Shown: in pieces, positions 19,001 to 26,400 of the stretch
Position numbering within the stretch: position 1 is the first letter of the stretch
Layout of the letters: every line of letters begins with the position of its first letter
Assembly (NCBI GenBank): GCA_947476875.1
Contig: CANJSG010000001.1
Location: 25,336-89,335, forward strand
Reading direction: 5' to 3'
Source of the DNA: Verrucomicrobiota bacterium
GTDB lineage: Bacteria > Verrucomicrobiota > Verrucomicrobiia > Limisphaerales > CANJSG01
DNA length: 64,000 nucleotides
Position numbers and translations under genes: made by a program
Notes under the pieces: model-generated
What the model saw: only the letters and a program-made list of their open reading frames with translations
Database searches by the model: none
Told to the model about the DNA's origin: nothing

Positions 19001-19796
19001 GAACCTCGCCTACAAGACCGCGCTGCGGCACTTCGTTTCCGGCGGCGTGAACCGCGTCGTCCTCATCACCGACGGCGCGGCCAACCTCGGCGAAGTCGAA
19101 CCCGATTCCCTCAAGCAGAAGGTCGAGGCGCAGCGCAAACAGGGCATCGCCCTCGACTGTTTCGGCATCGGCTGGGACGGCTTCAACGACGACCTGCTCG
19201 AAGTCTTGTCGCGCAACGGCGACGGCCGCTACGGCTTCATCAACACGCCCGAAGCGGCCGCGACGGAGTTTGCCGGGCAGCTCGCCGGCGCGCTCAAGGT
19301 GGCCGCGTCCGACGTGAAGGTGCAGGTGGAATGGAATCCGCGCCGCGTCACCTCGTATCGCCAAATCGGCTACGCCAAACACCAGCTCAAGAAGGAGCAG
19401 TTCCGCGACAACACCGTCGACGCCGCCGAGATCGGCGCGGCCGAGGCCGGCAACGCGCTCTACACCGTGCAGGTGAATCCGGCCGGGGAAGGCCCGCTCG
19501 CCACCGTGCGCGTGCGTTTCCGCGTGCCGAACACGTCCGACTACCGCGAGCACGAATGGATCGTGCCCTACGCGACGCCCGCGCCCGCGTTGGATCAGGC
19601 GAGTTCCACGCTGCGTCTCGCGGCGACGGCGTCCGCCTTCAGCGAATGGCTGGTGGCCAGTCCGTTCGCGGCCGAGGTCACGCCCGACAAGCTGCTCGGC
19701 TATCTGCGCGGCATTCCCGAGATGCGTCCGGCCGATCCGCGGCCCAAGCAGCTCGAAACGATGATCCGCCAGGCGAAGACGATTTCGGGGCAGTGA
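16080..19796 (+). CDS. Membrane-spanning anti-sigma factor with C-terminal von Willebrand factor A domain (YfbK/DUF3520-like)
   Basis: The ATG at 16080 overlaps the sigma stop (ATGA). N-terminus PELRITALLLGELS, one TM helix (VAAMLAVLAGVTTLVL), and about 650 aa of Ala/Pro/Gly/Ser-rich linker. Then FSTFSLNVADVSF..EEFINAFDY and a vWA domain with MIDAS start VLAIDNSGSM and TPEGGTN. The track ORF start at 15717 is an out-of-context upstream extension that overlaps the sigma gene. Confidence 0.85.
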   Translation: MNPFSNDPPGQDDPELRITALLLGELSKTAAADLRQEIAASAALQKLHDELARTIGLVREARGAADEKTGPTAEPLTLSFDKRNRLFAAFKTVPLPVAEKKRRLVVPWREAASVAAMLAVLAGVTTLVLNRGLQPEDTLSDRMALFFGREKSYKTPGGVTPLPMGEVVTSAESKEIRLLAYDAASSPLDGRAAGVEAKSSSARGSDPASAQPPMLNPAGEPVVNGRLGVGQNGVELESEAVDPQYRTRYGIALNLPLKEPAPAAYADAGNASGTPALTVADSRPRQEPQATRFAIALPSSAEPAKAGADDFAALSRGERTALGVDTRWESSSTAAFDKAPVAEAFFRQTSQPESLARTELSRRADAAGAKAGSTWEFRNSGRTEVALQSESKFVAAGDLLVDADRYAAAVPPPATSPASEAPEGMKANFGITLATAQPSGGGLAGGGGGGGGHGLEGRAYSREAVDGLTTKLAPPLVVSGPAPAQAAKGRAWFEQKPAAEREKQVLAFQAVDQKDSFGTELKSRLATAAGASAPVLTDGGVASAAEFNQPAPAPMAAYRVPVAARSYFFDASDPAKGAKPVDKELADRPIPARSGGLSDNAESRVRQLKEVEAVSLVAQSGPEELYAKAQPAAPAPTLDLPTINGRELGRKELRAAGANGDFILSKSKNQVGGNVGDPEGIGALESAAKSDAKAESLKRLSKLSVDERIQETDGERSVLKRSIVLPASGTGDSGVIVAGKPATAAALDTAGAVRKKIAAGGQKLAALKQVEERAKVSKLEDAATPRTPAPNAAVPQPEVATAENAFSTFSLNVADVSFKLAAASLEKGAMPDVSTIRSEEFINAFDYRDPEPPAGVPIAFATERARYPFAHDLDLVRFSVKTAAVGRQPGKPFNIVLAIDNSGSMERADRVRILQECIRTLGSQLLPEDRISVVSFARTARLWVDGVPVVEAGDLAERIGRLTPEGGTNLEEAMNLAYKTALRHFVSGGVNRVVLITDGAANLGEVEPDSLKQKVEAQRKQGIALDCFGIGWDGFNDDLLEVLSRNGDGRYGFINTPEAAATEFAGQLAGALKVAASDVKVQVEWNPRRVTSYRQIGYAKHQLKKEQFRDNTVDAAEIGAAEAGNALYTVQVNPAGEGPLATVRVRFRVPNTSDYREHEWIVPYATPAPALDQASSTLRLAATASAFSEWLVASPFAAEVTPDKLLGYLRGIPEMRPADPRPKQLETMIRQAKTISGQ

Positions 19797-19798
19797 GG

Positions 19799-20077
19799 TT
19801 CATCCACGAAGGACACGAAGAAGCACGAAGCAGGAACCGCAGATGAGGCAGAGAATACAGAACGCAGACGACCTTGAATTGCTGGTAGGGCGAAGGCTCC
19901 CGACGAGCCGCCCTGCTGTTTTCAGAACTACAAGCACGCCACGGCGGCCGCGTCATCGGGCATCCAAGCGGGTTGGCTTCCCGCGAGAATCGTTCTGGTC
20001 AAATGTCGGTTTCGAGGCGGCTCGGCGGGAGCCTTCACCCTACCAGTCTTCCGCCCTTGGTGTCCCTTCGTGGATGA
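19799..20077. repeat. Composite palindromic repeat element, copy A
   Basis: Outer arms are tcatccacgaaggacac (19800-19816) and gtgtcccttcgtggatga (20060-20077). Inner arms are ctggtagggcgaaggctcccgacgagccgcc (19882-19912) and ggcggctcggcgggagccttcaccctaccag (20016-20046), complementary at 29 of 31 positions. Confidence 0.8.
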
Positions 20078-20104
20078 TCCCATTCCCTGCTCCGACTCCA
20101 GAGG

Positions 20105-20228
20105 AGCCGTCTGTTTATAGAATCCCGGCGACCCACAAAACGAAGCTCCGGAGGAGCGACCTGTTTGGGCCGCTCCTGCGGAGCTTGGGGAACAATCGTG
20201 AGGCCGGGCGTTCTATAAACAGGCCGGC
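20105..20228. repeat. Nested imperfect palindrome (second repeat type)
   Basis: Outer arms are ctgtttatagaa (20111-20122) and ttctataaacag (20211-20222). Inner arms are aagctccggaggagcg (20143-20158) and cgctcctgcggagctt (20171-20186), with 1 mismatch. Confidence 0.7.
20189..20212 (+). promoter_or_regulatory. Second ECF-like promoter motif (GGAAC-N15-CGTT) upstream of the giant ORF
   Basis: ggaac (20189-20193), a 15-nt spacer, then cgtt (20209-20212), 205 nt upstream of the ATG at 20417. The spacer is 1 nt shorter than at the sigma gene and the site lies inside the nested palindrome, so support is weak. Confidence 0.3.
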
Positions 20229-20416
20229 CCTCCGGGCCTGGGGAGCGACGTCGCGGACGGGGGCGTTTGCCGATGGGATGGCCTCAGTCGGCTGGCCGCA
20301 ACGCGGATGGACCTCCTGGCCGGGCGAGGACGCCCGGCCTACGGAGCCAGACACTTCTCTTACAAGCCCCAGACACATTCGCCGCGCGGCTGCGGCACAC
20401 TGCTTTAGCAATTTCC

Positions 20417-23400
20417 ATGAAACGCATCCTTACTCGGCTGGTCTTCGGAACGCTCGTTCTCGCCGTCTCGCTGCTCAGCGCGTCGGCCGCCGACACCAAG
20501 GTCGAAGCCAAGAGCATCTCGATCAACGGCGGTGCCGAAGACGGCAAGGCCAAGCTCACCATCGAGGCCAATCTGCTCGGCCACGCGGCCTCCGAGCGCG
20601 TGATCCATTCCACCACGATCCAGCACGCGCTCCAGATCACGCGCGACAAACACGCCCACACCGTCGTGGCCACGTTTGACGTTCTCCAGGGAGATCCGCG
20701 CGAACTCACGCTCGTCCTCGGCGGCGAAGGAGACATCCGCAGCGTGACTGGATCCGCTCTGCAGGACTGGGGCGTCCGGCAGGAAACAAACGGCGTGCGC
20801 ACGCTCGTCCTCCGGCCCAAGCGGGCTGATAAGCCGATCACGCAGCTCGCGGTCACGATCACCGCCGAACGCGATCTTCGGACGTGGGCCAACCCGGTGA
20901 AGCCCCTCACCTTCTCGTCGCCGCAGTCCGCCTTGGCGCAGGGGTTCCTCAAGGTCGATGTCGCGGCCGACCTGGCGGCCGAACCGATCAACCCGACCGG
21001 CCTTGTGCCGATCGACGCCAAGTTCCTTCCCGAAACCCTCCGGGGCACGAACAAGGCCGATGATCTGGAGCCGCTCGCCTTCCGCCTGCAGGGCGCGAGC
21101 TACAGCATCCCGCTGAACGTCACCACGACCGATCCCGAGGCGCGGAGCGCGGTGGTGCGCGACTTCAAGCTGGAGGGCGATCTTGCCGGAGGCGCCGCGT
21201 CGTTCATTTATTCCGCGACGGTCCGCGTGAACAACCCGCGCGGCGCCTCGTTCACCCTGCTGGCCGGTGCGGTGGCGCTGAACGAACTCGATCGCCACCC
21301 CGATTGGCGGCTGCGGTTCGTGAACGGAAACTTCATGACCGTCTTCGACAAACCCGGCGACTACGCGGTGCGCCTGCGGTTCCACGCGGCGGTGAAACCG
21401 GCGAATGGCTGGAACAGCGTCGACTTCCGCGTGGCTTCCTCGCCGCTCCAGCCGGTCACGTTGCGCGGGCTCGCGCCGGACACGCAGTTCGCCTTCGGCA
21501 ACGCCGCGCGGCCGGAACGTTCCGGCGCCGAGTTCCGCAGCTTCCTCCCGCCCGACGGCACGGTGCGTTTGGCTTGGAAGGAATCGCGGCCCGAAGCGGA
21601 GGGAAAACTTTTCTACGCGGCCGAAATGCTGGCGCAGGTGAGCGTCGGCGCCGGGCTTGTCCGCCAGAATGCGCTCATCGAAGGCAAGGTCATGCAGGGC
21701 GAGCTTAGCCGCATCGTCCTCATGCTTTCCGGCGCGGGCAACGTCACGGCCGTGCAGGGCCCGAATGTTCTTTCGTGGAAGGTCGAGCCGGTGCCGCAGA
21801 CGCAGGACCGCATGCTGGTCGTGCAGTTCAACCAGCCGCAGAAGGACGCGTTCTCGCTCCAGGTGCAGATGCAGACCGAGCTGGGCGCGTTGCCGCAGTC
21901 GGTCGAGACGATGCGCCTCAAACCCGAAGGCGCGACGCGTTTCGCCGGACACATCCGCGTCGTCAACGAAGGCGCAGTCAGACTCGAGGTCGTGAAGTCC
22001 ACCGGCCTGTCGCAGATCTCGCCCGAGCAGTTTCCCGAAACGGCGGCGACCAAGGTTTGGCTGGGCGCGAAGTCCGGCCAGCGGTTCGCGTTCCGTTTCT
22101 CCAGCACCGATTTCGCGCTGCGGATCCAGGCGGACAATGTCCTGCCTGAGCTGAGCGTGTCACAGCTCCTTGCGTATCATCTCGGCGAGACCGAGCTGGC
22201 GATCGACGGGGAGTTCGAGTTGGACATCCGTGAGGCGCCGCTGCGCGAAGTGCTGCTGCGGATCCCGAAGGGTTTCGCCATCGCGCGGGTCACCGCCTCC
22301 GGCCTGAGCGACTACTTCGTCCGCGAACCGGCCGACCAGCCCGATGCCGAACTGCGCCTCGTCTACGGCTCTCCGATCGCGGATCGCCAGGTCATCCAAC
22401 TGCGCCTGGAACGCAACGGCGCGCTCGGCCAGACGAACTGGTCCCCGCCACGCGTCGAAGTGCTGAAGGCGAAGTCCACGCGCGGCCACATCGCCGTATC
22501 GGCGGACGCCGGTTTCCGCCTGACACCCGATCGCACGGTGGGTCTGAGCGACATCGCCACGGCGTTCTTCCCGAAGAAGGTCGCGGGCATCCAGGCGGCG
22601 TTCCGGCTGGCGGAACCGAACTGGGAAGCGGCCCTGCGCGTCGAGCGTCTCCCGCAGTCGATCCAGGCGGACGTGTTCCACCTCTTCTCCATCGGCGAAG
22701 GCATCGCCTATGGCAGCAGCACGATGAACTTCTTCATTTCGGGCGCGCCCGTGTCGCAGTTTCTCGTCTCGCTGTCCGACGAATACTTCAACGTCGAGTT
22801 CACCGGGAAGGACCTCCGGAGCAACTGGCAGAAGACCACCAACGGCTACCTCGTCACGATGAACACGCCCGTCTCCGGCGCCTACACCCTGCTCGCGAGC
22901 TACGAGCGTCCGTTCAAGGCCCAGGGCGACACGTTGACCTTCACCGGTGCGCGGCCCGTCGATGCCCAGAACGAACAGGGCCACACGCTCGTGGTCAGCG
23001 CGTATCAGTTCCAGGTGAAGCCCTCCAACGTGTCGTCCAACCTGCTCGAACTGGAGACCGCGGAAGTGCCCGCCGAATACCGCCTGTTCTTCGACGCGCC
23101 GATCCTCAAGGCCTACCGCTACGCCTCGCGGCCGTTCAACCTGCAGCTCACGTTGAGTCCGTTGGTCCAGGGCGAGACCCTCAGCCTGGTCGTCGACCGC
23201 GCCGCGTTGACCACCCGCATCTCGAAGGATGGCGACGTCATCACCGACGCGCGTTATTTCGTGAAGAACCGCGGCAATCCGCATCTCAAGCTGACCCTTC
23301 CCGCCGACACGAAGCTTTGGTCGGTCACGGTCAACGGCGCGACCGTCGTGCCGGTCAAGGACGGTGCGTCCGACCTCATTCCGCTGCCGCAGCGCGGGGA

Positions 23401-26400
23401 TCCGAACACCGTGCAGACTCTGGATCTCAAGCTCGCGACCCGTTCCAAGAATCCGGCCCGGGTGACCGCCGCCGCGCCCATCGTCTCGGCGCCGGTGCTG
23501 CTGGCCGATTGGAACCTGGAACCCGATGCCGGACAGAAGCTCGTCTATCGCAGCGGCTCGCTCGCGCCGGTCGGCGGCTTGCCGGATGTCTCGGGCTTCG
23601 CCGCGTTGGCGCGGATCTTCAGCCACTCGGGCGATGCCTGGCTGAAGCTGGGTCTTGCCGGCGGGGTTCTTCTCTTTGGGTTGTGGGCCTGGAAATGGGC
23701 GTCGGGGAACGGCTCCCATCGCTTCGGTGTCCGGCATTTGGGTGGTGCCGTCGTCGGGGCGGTCGGAGTTCTCCTCGCGGCCGTGGTCTTGGTCGACCTC
23801 GCCGAGAGGGCTTCCAGCCAGCGCATCACGATGTCCGACTCCATCACGCTCCTCGCGCCCGTGCAGCAGGGCGGAAGCGCGTTGACCATCGAGGTCGCCA
23901 ACGTGGCCAACGACGCCAGCGGTGACTCGTTCATCGGCCGTGCGTGGCCGGTGGTCCTCGCTTTGTTCGTCTGGGGTTACGCGTTCCTTGGCGGCCGCGA
24001 TGACTCCAAGCGGCTGCTCGTGATGTTGGGATGGACGTGCATGGCGTGGGCCGTCCTGCGCCTGTCGAACAGCTCGGGAACGTTCTTCCTTCTTGTCGCC
24101 CTTTTCCTGCTCATCCACCTGGTCGTGCCGGCCGGCCGGGCCCTCTTCAACGTGCCCCCGGCGCCGCCGCGCAACGACGATCCGGCTTCGTCCGCCACGG
24201 CCACCATAGTCAGCCTGCTCCTGCTGCTAGGCGTGACGCCGCTGGCCGGATCGGCCCAGGCCGCGCCGGCCGGTAGGGCGAAGGCTCCCGCCGAGCCGCC
24301 TAAAAGCCTCCGTCAAGTTGACGGTTCCAGCGGCACCGGTTCGGCTTCCCTCGATGGGCCCGAAGGTTCTGCCAACACCACAAGGCGGCTCGGCGGGAGC
24401 CTTCGCCCTACCGGCGTTTCGTCGATCCGCAGCCGTGAAGGCGCCATCGCCGACTCGGTGATCCAGGAAGTGCGGATCGACGAGAAGTTCGCCCTTGTCA
24501 CCGCGAAAATCCGGTGGACGGCCGGGCAAGGCCAGATGCTGCCCATCCTGCTCGACCCCGGGGTGCTCACGAAGATCGTGTTCCCGTCGAACTCCGTGCG
24601 CCATGTCCAGACGATCCTCAGCGGCAAACGCACCCACCAGCTTGTTGCCCTTGCGGACGGCCCATCCGAGATCGAATTGCAGTATCAGCTCCAGGTCGGT
24701 CAACGCGCCGGAGAGAGCGGATTCGAGTTGGCGACCCCGCATGGCCTGGTCAACCGGATCAGCGTCACGTTGCCGGAGATGGACGTCGATGTGGGCGCGA
24801 CCAACGCCGTGTCCGTCGTGCGCAGCACCGGCGGAACGAACACCACCGTCGCCACGCTCGTGCTCGAGCCGGTGACCCGTTCATGGATCTCCTGGAAGCC
24901 CCGGAGCCGCGACGTGCGCAAGGAGAAGCCCGTGTTCTACGCCGAAGTCTTCCAGCTCTATGCACCCGTCGGCGGTGTGATCGAAGGCGTGCATCAGGTC
25001 CAGATCCGTCCCGCCCAAGGCGAACTCGGTGAACTTGTTTTCGACGTGCCCATGGGCGCGACCATCACGGACGTCGTGACCCCGGTGCCGCCAGAGTCCG
25101 CCAACCGGCTGGGCTTCATCCCGAACATCGTTTCGCTTTGGCGCTTCGATCCCGATACGCGGAAACTGCGCGTCACGCTCAGCCCGCAGCAGTCGAAGCC
25201 GTTCACGCTGGTCGTCCGCTCACAGGTCGCGACGGGGCCGCTTCCCTTCGAGCAGAAGGCCGGACTGCTCGGCGTCGTGGGTGCGGCCGGCCAACTGGGA
25301 TCCGTCGGCGTCGCCACGGGCTCCGAAGTGCAGCTCGACAATGTGACGACCGAATCGCTCTCCGCGATCAACCTCGAGGATTTCCCGGTCTCCGTGCTCC
25401 AGCCGCTGCGCAGCCAGATCGCCGGACTCACGCTGCGCCGCGCGTTCCGCCACGCGGACGCCAAGGGCACCTTGACCGTGAAGGCCTCGGCCGTGGAACC
25501 CGACGTGCGTGTCGAAACCCAAGAGACCCTTTCGCTCGGCGACGACCGGTCGCTGCTCGCGGTCAACGCTGCGTTGACCATCACCCGCGCCGGCATCTTC
25601 CGCGTCAGCTTCGCCCTGCCGGCCGGACTCGACGTCGAGTCGATCAGCGGCGGCGCGCTCAGCCATTGGACGGAGCTGAAGTCCGCCGAAGGAAGGATCA
25701 TCACGCTTCATCTCAAGGGCCGCACCGAAGGCCAGACGCAGTTCGCGGTGAACCTTGCCGGACCCGGCACGAAGTCCGCGAAGAACGTGGCGGTGCCCCG
25801 GCTGACCTTTCGCGAAGCCGGCAAACAACGCGGCCAACTCGTCATCGTTCCGGAACAGGGGATGCGCCTGCAGGTGGCCACGCGCGACGGTGTCACCCAG
25901 CTTGACCCGCAGAAGTCCGGCATCCGGCAGAAGGGTGTGCTCGCCTTCCGCCTGCTCCAGCCCGACTGGGCGCTCGCGCTCGACGTCGAACAGGTCGACG
26001 CCTGGGTGCAGGTCACCGGCCTACAGCACCTGACCGTCACCGAAGCCCAGCTCAAGGCCACGGCGAACCTCCAGTATCAGATCGAAAACACCGGCTTGAA
26101 GGCCCTCCACATCCGCGTCCCGGCCAATGCCGAAGGCGTGCGGTTCCGGGGCGAACAAGTCGCGGACTTCCTGCCCGTCGCCGGCTCGGTCACCAACGGC
26201 CTCCAGACCTGGGAAGTGAAGCTGCATCGCCGCATCATCGGGAAGTATCTGCTCCAGGCCACCTGGCAGACGCCGCTCGCCGAAGCCTCGACCAACGCGC
26301 TGGCCATCGGCATCCAGGCCGATGAGGCCAACCTCCAACGCGGCTTCGTGACCGTGCAGTCCAGCGGACGCCTGCAGCTCCGCATCGGTGCGCTGCCCGC

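Noticed and set aside
17859-19553. A 564-aa reverse-strand ORF. Similar long antisense ORFs lie at 20405-21952, 22160-24118, 26021-27841, 33682-36138, 43139-44788, 44969-46447, 49374-50816, 50949-52445, 54688-56553 and 57517-60342.
   Set aside because: All lie antisense to genes with clear family motifs. They show the Arg/Gly/Asp/His-rich, low-complexity composition typical of shadow ORFs in GC-rich DNA, and I recognise no motif in any of them.
20267-20416. The 50-codon upstream extension of the giant ORF.
   Set aside because: The extension runs through the GC hairpin/repeat region and is not protein-like. The ATG at 20417 is followed by a canonical signal peptide.
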